A DNA stretch of 64,000 nt from the human T2T-CHM13v2.0 reference genome, Homo sapiens. Positions 51,780 to 63,666 of this stretch are shown one piece after another. Position numbers and translations under genes: made by a program. Position 1 is the stretch's first letter; each line of letters begins with the position of its first letter. Below the pieces are notes generated by a model. It was given only the letters and a program-made list of their open reading frames with translations. It was not told where the DNA came from and did no database searches. The DNA lies in the NCBI GenBank assembly GCA_009914755.4, contig CP086569.2, positions 3,904,001 to 3,968,000 on the forward strand. Direction: 5' to 3'.

Positions 51780-52298
51780 TATCACAGGGCATGGTAATAA
51801 GAAGAGGCACTCTAATGAATCTCCTGTATTCCATGCATAATCTTTCTTACCTCTGTTGCAGAGTAGTAGACTGATAGAATCTTGATAGTCTGAGTCAATC
51901 ATCCCAGCCAACACTGTACCTCCCTTCTTAGGCTGTTGGTGTAAAGGTAGGAGAAGTGCAAAGTGTCCAGGTGGCAATCTTAATTTCCAGTTTAATTGAA
52001 TCATTGCTATGTTTCCTGGTGGCAGCATTCCTCCCTCTGAAACTAAGACCTCTAGGCCAGCAGAACATAATGTCACAGAAACAGGAAGCAAATATGTTGT
52101 TAGTGGGTCACTAGGGGTGATGGTGAGTGTTGCCACTTCCAATTCCACCCCTTGATTCCTGGACCCATGATTCCTGGCTATGGGAGAAACAGTACCATAT
52201 ATTGGATGCTGATTCAGAGCAAACACAGCCTTCTGGAGAACCTTGTCCCAGCCATGCAAAGTATTATAACCTAATTGGCATTTTAGTTGTGACTTCAA
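51777..52298 (-). pseudogene. ERV-L pol C-terminus, comprising the integrase C-terminal region and a dUTPase domain remnant (173-aa ORF).
   Basis: '...LQKAVFALNQHPIYGTVSPIARNHGSRNQGVELEVATLTITPSDP...LPPGHFALLLPLHQQPKKGGTVLAGMIDSDYQDSISLLLCNRGKKDYAWNTGDSLECLFLLPCPVI'. The dUTPase motif 3-like 'GxIDSDY' is present. Confidence 0.75.
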
Positions 52299-52315
52299 AA
52301 GGCCATTCCATCATT

Positions 52316-52699
52316 CTATCCATCCAGCTGCTTCAGGATGATGGGGAACATGGTAAGACCAGTGAATTCCATGAGCATGAGCCCGCTGCCACATGTTTTT
52401 AGATGTAAAGTGAGTGCCTTGGTCAGAGGCAATGCTGTGTGGAATACCATGATGGTGGATAAGTCATTCCATGAGTCCACAGATGGTAGTCTTGGCAGAA
52501 GTATTGTGTGTAGGATAGACAAACCTACATCCAGAATAAGTGTATATTCCAGTGAGGACAAACCTCTCTGCCCTTTCCATAATGGAAGAGGCCCAGTATA
52601 ATCAACCTGCCACCAGATAACTGGCTGAACACCCTGAGGACTAGGGCCATATTGAGGGCTCAGTGTTCGTCTCTGCTGCGGCAAATTGGGTGTGGACAT
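52316..52699 (-). pseudogene. ERV-L integrase catalytic-core remnant (127-aa ORF).
   Basis: 'PVIWWQVDYTGPLPLWKGQRG' resembles the retroviral integrase region around the first catalytic Asp ('WQ.DYTG...G'). Confidence 0.6.
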
Positions 52700-54157
52700 A
52701 GCCAGGTCAGCCTGGGTGACTGGAAATCCATGTTGCTCAGCTCATGCATAACCTCCATCCCTGCCGCAATGGCTACTTTGTTCATCAGACCGTTGAGTGA
52801 TGACGATGACAGGAGAAGCTGGAAAAAGAGGCTGAGTAGTGTCTACAGAACAGGTCATCCTATCCACTTGATTATTAAAATCTCTTCTGCTAAGGTCACG
52901 CATTGGTGAGCACTCACATGGGATACAAATATCATCCCCTTTTTTTTGGCCACTCAGAAAAGTCTATCCACATACCTCTTCCCCAAATTTCTTTGTCACC
53001 AATTATCCAATCATGTTTCTTCCAAGTCCCTGATCATCCAGCCAAGCCATTGGCTACAGCCCATGAAACAGTATATAATTGCACATCTAGTTATTTTTCC
53101 TTCCATAAAAAGTGCACAACCAGATGCACTACTCAAAGTTCTGCCCACTGGGAAGATTTCCCTTCACCACTTTCTTTCAGGGATGTCCTGAAAGGGACTG
53201 TAGTGCTGCAGCTGTGCACTTGTGGGTGGTACCTGCATATCATGCAGAACCATCTGTGAACCAGACCTTAGATTTCTCTCTCTCTCTGTCAAGTGATCAT
53301 AGGAAACTCTCCATGAGGCCATTGGTGCAGGCTGAGGGAAAGAAGGTAGGGTGGCAGGAAAATAATGGGCATTTGAGCCACTTCCTCGTGTAACTTACTT
53401 GTGCCTTAAGGACCTGCTCAAGCCCGATCACGTATATACTACTTCCATTTGATGATGGAATGCTGCTGTGCATGAACGACTCTATGGCAAGATGGGTCAG
53501 AAAGCACCCAGGTCATGATAGGCAGTTCAGGCTGCATGGTGACTTTACTCTTGGTCAAACATTCAGTTTCCACCAAAGCCCAGTAACAGGCCAAGAGTTG
53601 TCTCTCAAAAGGAGAGTAGTTATCTGAAGAAGATGGCAGGGCCTTGCTTCAAAATCCTACAGGCCTCTGCTGTGATTCACCTATGGGGACCTGCCAGAGG
53701 CTCCAAACAGCATCCCTATTTGCCACTGAGACCTCAAGCACCATTGAGTCTGCTGGGTCATATGGCCCAAGTGGCAGAGCAGCTTGCACAGAAGCCTGGA
53801 CCTGTTGCTGAGCCTTCTTCTAGTTCTGGACCCCACTGAAATCTGGCACCCTTTCAGGTAACTCAATAAATGGGCTGGAGTAACACACACCCAAATGAGG
53901 AATGTGTTGCCTCCAAAATCCAAATAGGCCCACTAAGCATTGTGCCTCTTTCTTGGTTGTAGGAGGGGCCAAATGCAGCAACTTATCCTTCACCTTGGAA
54001 GGAATATCTTGACAGGCCCCACACCACTGGACCCTTAGAAATTTTATCGAGGTAGAAGATACCTGAATTTTAGTCAGGCTTATTACCTATCCACTGGCAT
54101 GCAAATGTCTCACCAATAAGTCCAGTATGTTTGCTACTTCTTGCTCACTGGATCCAA

Positions 54158-54710
54158 TCAGTGTAATGTCATCAATGTAATGAACGAGTGTGATACCTTG
54201 TGGAAGGGAAAATCAATTAAGGTCACTCCAAACAAGATTATGACACAAAGCCAGAGAGTTGATATACTCCTGAGGTAGGACAGTAAAGTTATATTGCTGG
54301 CCTTGCCAGCTGAAGACAGATTGCTTCTGGTGGGCCTTATGGACAAGAATGGACACGAGGACGTTAGTCAAGCCAATGACTTCATACCAGGTACCAGGAG
54401 ATGTGTTTATTTGTGCAAGCAATGAAACCACATCTTCTACAGCAGATGCAATTGAAGTCACCATTTAGTTAAGTGTACAATAATCCACTGTCATTCTCCA
54501 AGATCCAACTGTCTTCTACACAGACTGAATGGAAGAGTTGAAAGGGTATGTGGTGGGAATAACCACCCCTGCATCTCTCAAGTCCTTGATTGCAGCACTA
54601 ATCTCTGCAATCCCTCCAGGGATGCAATATTGTTTTTTATTTACTTTTTTTTTAGGAAGTGGCAGCTCTAATGGCTTCCATTTGGCCTTTTCCACCATAA
54701 TAGCCCTCAT
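54158..54710 (-). pseudogene. ERV-L reverse transcriptase remnant (overlapping 64-aa and 83-aa ORFs, frameshifted).
   Basis: 'IPGGIAEISAAIKDLRDAGVVIPTTYPFNSSIQSV' and 'VVSLLAQINTSPGTWYEVIGLTNVLVSILVHKAHQKQSVFSWQGQQYNFTVLPQEYINSLALCHNLVWSDL' match the retroviral RT fingers/palm region as seen in HERV-L pol. Confidence 0.75.
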
Positions 54711-54837
54711 CCTACCAACCAGGCAGCAAATGTGGAGGGTTCTGCCAGCTGCTAAGTATGTCTATGCCAATGATGTATTCTGGCACTAGGGAAATGACTA
54801 TAGTATGAGTCCAAGGATCCAATGGACCCACTGTAAG

Positions 54838-55155
54838 TCAAACCTGAGCTAAACCTCCACTAATTACCTGACCTCCATCAGCCCCTACTTTAACTGGAGA
54901 ACCGCAATGCTGTTTTATGTCCCTTAAAATCAATGGCAGTTCAGAGCCAGTGTCCAGTAGTCCCCAAAATGTCTGATTATTTCCCTTTCCCAATACACAG
55001 TGACTGATCCTGGTAAAAGGCCAGAGGTCTCCTTGGGGAAGGATGAGAGAAAGATTAATAGCATAAATTGTTGGTAGTGTAGTGAGTTCCTCCCTCAACA
55101 AGGGGACCTGGCCTCTCTTCCATTCAAGGGATTCTGGGTCTGTAAACTGACTCAC
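54838..55155 (-). pseudogene. ERV-L aspartic protease remnant (105-aa ORF).
   Basis: 'TFWGLLDTGSELPLILRDIKQHCGSPVKVGADGGQVI' contains the retroviral protease active-site motif LLDTGS. Confidence 0.75.
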
Positions 55156-55998
55156 CTGAAAATTGATTGAGGGGCTGTGACTCTCAGCTTTTATAATTCA
55201 AATTAGTATTTTGTCCACTTGACCTGGAAGTTTCCTGCTTACATAAATTAAGTAGGGATGCAATCGTCTTCCTATGAATTTCACTTCTACAGAAACTGTG
55301 ATTAATTAGACAATGCCAGAGCTCTATATGAGTCAAACTATTCTGATTTCTGCTTTGCCCCTGCTGTCTATTATGGTGGCTATGCCCATCTGGCCTTTGA
55401 TGGTTGAGCATCCCCACTTGTCCCCTGCCACCTTAGTATCCAATTATTCCCATTGCATTTAAATTTTGTAGTTAAGTGACTGTGGTTCCCACTGTTAGAT
55501 CTGTCATACAGAGAAGAGCAATTCATACAGAGCTCTTCAAAGATGCAGGTTCTGCCTTCACAAATCCATTTCACAAAGCATTGTTCAAGGATATATCTTC
55601 TGGACCCTCCCAGCTGGGATGAGTAGGTCTAAAGTGACTAATCCACTCCTCCATCCCAATCTCTACAAGCCTTTTGATCCCTTCCTCTACATTAAACCAA
55701 GGGAGAAAATCTGGCATTTCCAGCTCGCTCACAGTGGACCATCTTTTAATTTATAATTCAGCTAACAAAGCAAATAAACTATTAGAATATTTTTTAACTC
55801 CCTGAGGTGCAACATTAAATGCAGAATCCCTACCTAGTGGGCCCAAATCAAAAAAGTCAGCCTGATTCAACTCTATGTTCCTTCCACCATTATCCCACAC
55901 CCTTAATATCCATTCTCATGCCTGTTATCTAGATTCCTGCTTATACAAATTAGAAAACTCAAGCTGTTCTTTTCAAGTGTAGTGCACCTCCTCGTGGG

Positions 55999-56867
55999 TC
56001 ACACTCTGACCTCACCTCTATGGGCCCACTGGGACTTCAATCTAGTTATAGGTCTAGAAGCACACAAGGGTGTTCGGGGTGGGTATTGAGGAGAATCAAC
56101 ATTATCTTGCCTCGTAGCTGCCTCAGGAGAGGCCATCACTGTTGCCTCAGTTAGTGCAGGGTTTATCTCCTCAGACAAAGGTGGAAAGGCTGATGGCAGC
56201 ATGGGTCTTGGAGGGGATCTTGCCACTACTGGGGATGGGGAAGCTGTTTCTTCTGGTAAAAAGATTCATCAGAGTTTACAAGCTCAGTGTCCCCAGCTTC
56301 ATCAGGGTCCTCCCACACATCACCTTTCCAAGTTGCGGGGTCCCATTTTTTACAAATCAATGTCCTCACTTTAACAGTAGACACCTGGCAAGGCTGTGCA
56401 TGCACATTTTGTTGCAGGTCAGCCACTTGCATTTTAAGAACCTGTGTCAGATTTTCTACAATTTCAGCTCTTTCTCTACATGAGATAAGACTCTTGCTCA
56501 GGGCAATCTTAGAAGATTTGAGGCTTAGTATGTACTTCTGAAGATGGGAGTTAGAATCCCTGAGTTCAACATTTTTTTTCATCACTTTATCCAGTGGACT
56601 TAGGAGCAACCAACCAACTTTATTATGTTCTTGGGTTCTCCACATATGGTCAAAAGTATTATGTATAGGGTCATTAAACTCCTTGCCTCTCACAAGTGGT
56701 GAATCTGGAGTGTCTAATGTATTTATTTTGCATAATTCTCTAAACAGTTCATGCCAAGGACTATCAGTGTTCTCCACACTATTAAAAGTAGAGTCCTTAG
56801 CATTTTGAAGTCTAATCACATTAAGCAGCCAACTCCAGAAACCCCAAAACCAATGAAAGAACTCCAT
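55999..56867 (-). pseudogene. ERV-L gag remnant. The 213-aa ORF at 56226-56867 begins ~25 bp downstream of the PBS, and the 75-aa ORF at 55999-56226 continues it.
   Basis: Its position immediately downstream of the LTR and PBS on the proviral strand supports the call. It is the longest ORF in the window (213 aa: 'MEFFHWFWGFWSWLLNVIRLQNAKDSTFNSVENTDSPWHELFRELCKINTLD...'). I did not recognise any specific gag motif. Confidence 0.5.
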
Positions 56868-56892
56868 CCTTAATATTCTGTTCCTCTAGAAC

Positions 56893-56907
56893 CACTCCTG
56901 GTACCAA
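56893..56907 (-). other. Primer binding site complementary to the 3' end of tRNA-Leu, the 'L' of HERV-L. It lies 4 nt from the LTR terminus.
   Basis: The minus strand reads '...ctaatacag atat TGGTACCAGGAGTGGttctagagg'. This compares with the canonical tRNA-Leu PBS 'TGGTGTCAGGAGTGGGATTCGAAC' with 13 of 15 matches, and it starts with the obligatory TGG. Confidence 0.65.
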
Positions 56908-56911
56908 TATC

Positions 56912-57357
56912 TGTATTAGTCAGGGTTCTCTAGAGGGACAGAACCAATATAATAGATGTATACACAAAGGGGAGTTTATTAATGAGTATTAACTCACATG
57001 ATCACAATGTCCCACAATAGGCCATCTGCAAGCTGAGGAGCAAGGAAGCCAGTACATTTTCCAAAGCTAAAGTACTTGGAGTCTGATATTCAAGGACAGG
57101 AAGCATGCAGCATGGGAGAAAGATGTAGGTTGGGAGGCTAAGGTATTCTAGTCTTTTCATGTTCTTCTGCCTGCTTTTTAGTCTGGCCCTGCTGGCAGCT
57201 GATTAGATTATGCCCACCTAGATTAAAGGTGGGTCTGCCTTTCCCAGTCCACTAACTCAAATGTTAATCTCCTTTGGCAACACCACCATAAAGACACCCA
57301 GGAGCAACACTTTGCATCTTTTAATTCAATCAAGTTCATACTCAGTTATCCATCACA
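56912..57357 (-). mobile_element. ERVL-type LTR (MLT2-like), here called LTR A. By position it is the 5' LTR of the minus-strand ERV-L provirus. It reads tgtattag...atcaca on the plus strand, that is TGTGAT...CTAATACA in the proviral sense.
   Basis: It starts 'tgtattagtcagggttctctagagggacagaaccaatataatag' and contains '...ccataggccatctgcaagctgaggagcaa...ccagtccactaactcaaatgttaatctcctttggcaacacc...'. It ends '...atccatcaca'. It directly abuts the PBS and gag, and is homologous to 57913-58463 and 28195-28631. Confidence 0.7.
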
Positions 57358-60180
57358 ACCAGTGATAACTGTAAAGCAACCACACAGACAAGCCTGCACA
57401 ATAACAAGCTAACATCATGATGGCAGGATCAAAACCACACATATTAATGGTAACCTTGAGTGTTAATGGGCTAACTACCCCATTTAAAAGGCAGAGAGTT
57501 GCAAACTAAATAAAATGTAGGACTGAAAGCTATGCTGTCTTTAAGAGATCCATTTCACATTCAATGACACTCATAGTTTCAAAATAAAGGGATGGAGGAA
57601 AATCTATGAAGCAAATGGAAAACAGAAAAAAGAAGGGGTTGCAATTCTAATTTCAGACAAAGCAGACTTTAAACCAACAAAGATTTAAAAAAAGACAAAA
57701 GAAAACATTACATTATAGTATAGGGTTCAATTCAACAAAAGACCTAACTATCCAAAATATATATGTACCCAACATAGGAGCACCCAGATTCATAACGCAA
57801 ATTCTTAGAGACCAACACAGAGATTTAGACTTCCGTACAATAGCAGTGAGAGACTTCAACACTCCACTGACAGTATTAGACAGCTCATCAAGGCAGATAA
57901 TTACGAAGATATTGTATTAGTCAGGGTTCTTCAGGGGGACAGAACTAATAGGATATATGTATATAGTAAAGGGAATTTATTAAGGAGACTTGACTCACAC
58001 AATCACAAGGTGAAGTCTCACCATAGGCCATCTGCAAGCTGAGGAGCAAAAAAGCCGGTAGTGGCTTAGTCCAAGTCTGAAAGCCTCAAAAGCAGGAAAA
58101 CCAACAGTGCAGACTTCAGTCTGTGGCCAAAGGCTTGAGAACCCTTGGCAAACCACTAGTGCAAGTCCAAGAGTCCAAAAACTGAAAAACCTGGAGTCTG
58201 ATGTTTGAATGCAGGAACTATCCAGCACAGGAGAAAGCTGGAAGACTCAGCAAACCAGCTTATTCCACCTTCTTCTGCCTCCTTTTTCTAGCCATACTGG
58301 CAGCCTACTGGATGGTGCCCACCCAGATTGAGGGTGGTCTTCCTCTCCCAGTCCACTGACTCAAATGTTAATCTCTTTTGGCAACACCCTCACAGACACA
58401 CCCAGAAACAATAGTTTGCATCTATCAATACAGTAAAGTTGACACTTAATATTAATCATCACAGATATTCAGGACCTTAACTCAGCACTGGATCAATTAG
58501 ATCTCAAAGACATATACAGAACTCTGTAGTTAAAAAGTGATAGAATGTACATTCTTCTTACCACCACATGACACATACTCTAAAATTAACCACATAATCA
58601 GACATAAAACAATCTTCAGCAAATACAAAATCACTGAAATCATACCGAATACACTCTTGGACTGCAGCACAATAAAAATAGAGAGATGAAGACAAAAAAA
58701 ATCACTTGAAATCATGCAATTACATGGAAATACAAAAAAAACCTCCTTCTGAATGACTTTTGGGTAAATAAGGAAATTAAGGCAGAAATCAAGAAGTTCT
58801 TTGAAACCAATGAGAACAATGATAAAACAAACCTGAATCTCTGTGACACAGCTAAGTTAGTGTTAAGAGGAAAATTTATAACACTAAATGCCCACATAAA
58901 AATGTTAAAAAGATCTCAAGCTAACATCACAACTAAAAGAACTAGAGAAGCAACAAGAAACAAACTCCAAAACTAGCAGAAGACAATAAATAAGCAGATT
59001 CAGAGCAGAATTGAAGAAAATTGAGACATGAAAAACCAATAAAAAGATCAACAAATCCAGGAGTTGATTTTTTTTGGAAAAAAAATAATAAGATAGGCCA
59101 CTAACTAGACTATTAACAAGAAAAGAGAGAACATCCAAATAAATAGAATTAGAAATGACCAAGGGAATGTTACGACTTACTCCACAGAAATATTATACAA
59201 ATAACCATCAGAGACTATTATAAACACCTCTATGTACACAAACTACAAAACCTAGATGAGATGGACAGATTCTTGGACACATACACTGTCTCAAGACTGA
59301 CCCAGGAAGAATTTGATTCCCTGAACAGGCCAATAATGAGCTCCAAAATTGAATCAGTAATAAATAACCTACCAATCAAAAAAAAAAAAAAAAAAGGACT
59401 AAATGGATTCACAACCAATTTCTTACAGATGTACAAAGAACAGCTGGTACTATTCCTACTGAAAATATGCCAAAAAACTGAGGAGAAGAAACTCTTTCCT
59501 AACTCACTCATGAGGCCAGCATCATGCTGATACTAAAACCTGGAGGAGACTCAACCAAAAAATAAAACTTCAGGCAAATATTCTTGATGAACAAAGATGC
59601 AAAAATTCTCAACAAAATACTAGCAACATGAATCCAGCAGCACACCAAAAAGCTAGTCCACCACAATCGAGTAGGCTTTATTACTGAGATGCAAAGTTGG
59701 TTCAACACATACAAATAAATAAATGTGATTCATCTTATAAATAGAACTAAAACAAAAACCACCTAATAATCTCAATACATGCAGAAAAGACTTTTGATAA
59801 AATTCAACATATTTTCATGTTAAAAACTCTCAACAAACTAGGTATTGAAGGAACATACCTTAAAGTAATAAGATACATATATGGCAAACCCAGAGCCAAC
59901 ATTTTCCTGAGTAGGCAAATCCTAGAAGCATTCCCCTTGAAAACTGGCACAAGACAAAGATCCTCACTCTCACTACTCTTATGGAACATAGTACTGCAAG
60001 TCATGGACAGTGCAATCAGGCAAGAGAAAGATATAAAGACACCTAATTAGGAAGTCAAACTATCGCTGTTTTCAGATGATATCGCTCTATATCTAGAAAA
60101 CCCCATAGTCTCTGCCCTTAAGCTCCTTGATATAATAAACAACTATATGAGTAATAGACGTACAAGATTTTAACAGGTAT
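57358..60180 (+). mobile_element. 5'-truncated old L1 in sense orientation, running from the ORF1/ORF2 junction through the ORF2 EN and RT domains. It is split by a solo ERVL-type LTR at 57913-58463.
   Basis: 'agctaacatcatgatggcaggatcaaaaccacacatattaatggtaaccttgagtgttaatgggctaact' encodes the ORF2 start 'MAGSKPHILMVTLSVNGLT'. '...RDFNTPLTVLDSSSRQIITKI|...|[21 protein letters not shown]' follows. Plus ORFs 59261-59530 and 59817-60050 give '[42 protein letters not shown]' and '[43 protein letters not shown]'. The element ends near '[17 protein letters not shown]'. Confidence 0.9.
57913..58463 (-). mobile_element. Solo ERVL-type LTR (MLT2-like), here called LTR B, inserted into L1 ORF2 with a perfect 5-bp TSD 'GATAT' at 57908-57912 and 58464-58468.
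   Basis: The sequence runs from 'tgtattagtcagggttcttcagggggacagaactaataggatatatgtatatag...' to '...ccataggccatctgcaagctgaggagcaa...cccagtccactgactcaaatgttaatctcttttggcaacaccctcacagacacacccagaaacaatagtttgcatctatcaatacagtaaagttgacacttaatattaatcatcaca'. The L1 sequence 'cgaaGATAT|...|GATATtcaggaccttaactcagc' is collinear with the L1 consensus 'caaggatacccaggaattgaactcagc'. Confidence 0.85.
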
Positions 60181-62292
60181 ATTTTCTTGTCTTTAGTTAA
60201 TGAAGTAGCATCTTTAAGTTGTTATAAGAACATAATCTCATTTATTTTTACTAAACAACTCATAATTTTCAAACCTGGAGAAATGCCTTAATTTGTGGAG
60301 ACAGCTTTAAAAAGTTGCAGCCCTGAGCATTTCCCCCTATATTGAACTTGACACCTCGCTATGTAACCTAAGTTTTTCCATCATAAAGTATCAAATAATC
60401 TATTATTTTCTTCCCTATGGACATGAAAATTGATAAATTTAATCCACATCTACTTCACAAAGTAAATGCCAGAGGAGAATGTAAGCCATATAGAAAATAA
60501 AATGTTCTAATGTTCATTTTGCTAGATGTTAGAATAGTGAATATACCCATGTACTATCTGTGATTCCACCATTTGGAAAAATATTCAGCAATTTTGATGT
60601 CTTAGATGAGATTCATTAAAAACAAGCCTGTGTACTAATGCTTTATTGGGGTGCAGCTTGGGATGGGAATATTAATCATGCAATTTCAGGGCATCCAGAG
60701 TAAGGAAAAGACAGATGACACAAAATAAAATGAGTGTGAAAAAGTCACCAATGGCTTAATGAGGAAACAGCTTTTTGCTTGATCACACGGGATATCTGAA
60801 AAGGCCATGGTGAATCATCATGCGTTAAAAGTTTATCTGTAAGAGAAAAGCAGAGCCATAGATCGTTAATTCTTCCTCTTTTCTGTGTTTTGACTCACTG
60901 CCCTTCTAGTCACTGGAGATGCCAGATTCCATGCTCTTTGCAGTTTAGCAGCTACATCTAAGTCCAGAAGTGCTGGGAAGAGCCATCGACTCCAAGGGTT
61001 AGATCAGATCAGACTGGTATACTAGGAAGTTACAACAAATGTTATGAGACTTTCTTGGAGTTTAGCCCTCACTTCAATGAATCCAAGACAATCAAGATTA
61101 TTAGGAGATGAGATGACATTGGTAGGATCTGGGGAATCTTCACTATTCAATAACAAAATCCAGGAGAAAAGTAGAGCTAAGTGGACCTGGGGAGCCACAT
61201 AATTTGGATTCCACATAGTTTACCTCTTTCACTATTTATATTAACTAGAAATTACCCATAATATCTGGCTCTGATACTGTAATGTGATATCTCCACTTTT
61301 GCACCAACTCACAAAAGATGGTGATAAACAGTGAAAAGATGGTAGTATCAACAGATTGTAAATCCTGTAAAGGAGTTACTACTGTAAATTACAGTGGTAA
61401 TTATCGAAACTGGGATATTAAGATGAGTGACCTATGACACAGTAAGATGAAAAAACTGAAACACAATAGAAGAAACATTTAGTAGGTCAATGTAATAATT
61501 CGGGTAAAATATGATGGGAGTTTTGGCCAGGATAGGTAGAAGGTGATGAGAAGTAGCCAGATTCTCAGATTCTAAAGACATTTTGAAGTAGAACCTAGCT
61601 GAGTTTGGCTGATGAAATGGATAAGAGATGTAAGGGAAAGAGGTGAGTAAATAATAAATCTAAGATTTGTGATTGTCATTTACTTAAATGGTAAATAATA
61701 CAGGAGCAACTTTTGGAAAGGAGAAATCAGGAGATTTTGGGGGTATGTTAATACTGAGATGCCTAGAGATCCAAGAGGGAATGCTGAGAAGACAATGGGA
61801 TGTATGAGTCTTGAATTCAGGGTAGAAGTTTATACTGGAGATAATAAATTTTGTTGCCATTGGCATAGAGATGTAATTTAAAGCCACAACATAGGTTAAT
61901 ACCATCTAGACATGACGGTGGGTAGATAAAGAATGTTATTAAGGCCTAGGTCACTCTAATTATTAAGGTCAGAGAAACGGGGAGGAAACCTTAAAAGCGA
62001 TTATGCACAAAAAAACAGAAATCAGAATAAAAAATAATATAGAATAATGTTGTTCTGGAATTAAAATGGAAAAAAAATAAATATTTCAAGTTGATGGAAA
62101 TCATCACCAGTGTCAAATACATAGTATGTCAAGATGGGAACTGAAAGTTAACCATTTCATTTAGGAACATGAATGTCATTGATGAACTTGACAATGGTTT
62201 TAATGCAAATGTGGGTATGAAGTTCTGAGTAGAGTGTATTTAAGGAAAAATTGGAAGAAAGGAAGAGGAGACAGTCTCTATAGACATTTCTT

Positions 62293-62731
62293 CTCAGGCA
62301 TCTGAGCCCAAGATAAGCCATCATATCCCCTGTGACCTGCATATATACATCCCGATGGCCTGAAGCAACTGAAGAATCACAAAAGAAGTGAAAATAGTCA
62401 GTCCCTGCCTTAACTGATGACACTCCACCATTGTGATTTGTTCCTGCCCCACCCTAACTGATCAATTAACCTTGTGACATTCCTTCTCCTAGACAATGAG
62501 TCTCAGAACCTCCTCACTGAACACCTTGTAACCCCTGCCTCTGCCTGCAAGAAAATAACCCCCTTTAACTATAATTTTCCACTACCTACCCAAATCCTAT
62601 AAAACTGCCCCACGCCTATCTCCCTTTGCTGACTCCTTTTTTGGACTCAGTCCGCCTTCACCCAGGTGATTAAAAAGCTTTATTGCTCACACAGAGCCTG
62701 TTTGGTGGTCTCTTCGCATGGATGCACATGA
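62293..62731 (+). mobile_element. Solo LTR7-family (HERV-H LTR) element, a subtype differing from the copy at 48348 (LTR7B/C/Y-like).
   Basis: 'tctcaggcatctgagcccaagataagccatcatatcccctgtgacctgcatatatacatcccgatggcctgaagcaactgaagaatcacaaaagaagtgaaaatag...ctaactgatcaat...tctccctttgctgactccttttttggactcagtccgccttcacccaggtga...gctcacacagagcctgtttggtggtctcttcgcatggatgcacatga'. No HERV-H internal sequence follows. Confidence 0.7.
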
Positions 62732-63666
62732 CATTTCTGTTAAGGAATTTTGCTTTAGTAGAAAGCAAATTCTGGTAGCTGGAAAAGCGTGGCATTAAAT
62801 GGGGGTAAATATTATTTTTTATGATTGAAAATAGAACATGTTTGAGTGTTAATACAAATAACCTGACAGAAAATGAAAATGTATGTGATGCAGAATGGAA
62901 AGGAGGAAACTGTGGGAGTGATGACCTTAAATAAGAAAGAGTGGTTGGGACTAAGTGAGCATGCAACAGTTGTTGGCATTTGCTGTCCACATGCACAATT
63001 CATCCACAGTAGAAGTAGGATGACAGAGTGAATTAGTTCAGATGCAGTTAATCTGATATTTGTGGTGAGATTTGGGGATATTTCCTCTGATGATTTTTTT
63101 TTGTTTTCACCGCGTATTATAAACCAAGGACATTAGCTGAGAGTGAAGAGGAAGAGGAATTTTTTCAGAGAATGTGTGAAATACTTGTTTAAAGTGTAGA
63201 AGAGTGAGTAGATTAGGAAAACAGTATAATTACTAAGAAGTCTTAAGAACCCAATTGGTTTTATGGTTATGAATTTAAAATGGATCTGTAAGCGTGTTTT
63301 TGTTTCTTTTTCTTCAGATAAGTTTGAATTCACGAGTTCAGGCAGATAGATTTAACCAGACTTGTGGTTTTGTGAAGTGAGTTAAACAAAATGAAAGAAG
63401 GGCAAAGAAGCTAAGTGTACTCAAAGAAGTGATTATTGTAACTGACCATTAAATTTACCCTAGGAAGAAGGAAAGTGAGAACAAGAGATGGGGAGAAACA
63501 GTGAAAATTTCCTAGAAGCAACAGATTGTAAATCTTGGTGGAGTAGTATAATTATTGAAACTGGAATATTAAGATGAGTGGGCTAGAAAAAGTAGATTTA
63601 ATAATCAGAGACTGGGATGTATAAAGTCAAGATTATGGAGGCATTACATGTGCTGATAATGGTAAG

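Larger units (their letters stand above)
51780..56911 (-). mobile_element. ERV-L (HERV-L-like, class III endogenous retrovirus) internal region on the minus strand. The order gag, protease, RT, integrase, dUTPase is preserved but the frames are decayed.
   Basis: Minus-strand ORFs run in retroviral order from high to low coordinates: gag-like (56226-56867, 213 aa), protease with 'LLDTGSELPLI' (54838-55155), RT ('AEISAAIKDLRDAGVVIPTTYPFNSSI', 'VVSLLAQINTSPGTWYEVIGLTNVL...HKAHQKQSVFSWQGQQYNFTVLPQEYINSLALCHNLV'), integrase ('WWQVDYTGPLPLWKGQRG') and a C-terminal dUTPase ('TVLAGMIDSDYQDSISLLLCNRGKKDYAWNTGDSLECLFLLPCPVI'). A dUTPase downstream of integrase is the hallmark of ERV-L. A tRNA-Leu-like PBS lies adjacent to the LTR. 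Confidence 0.85.
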
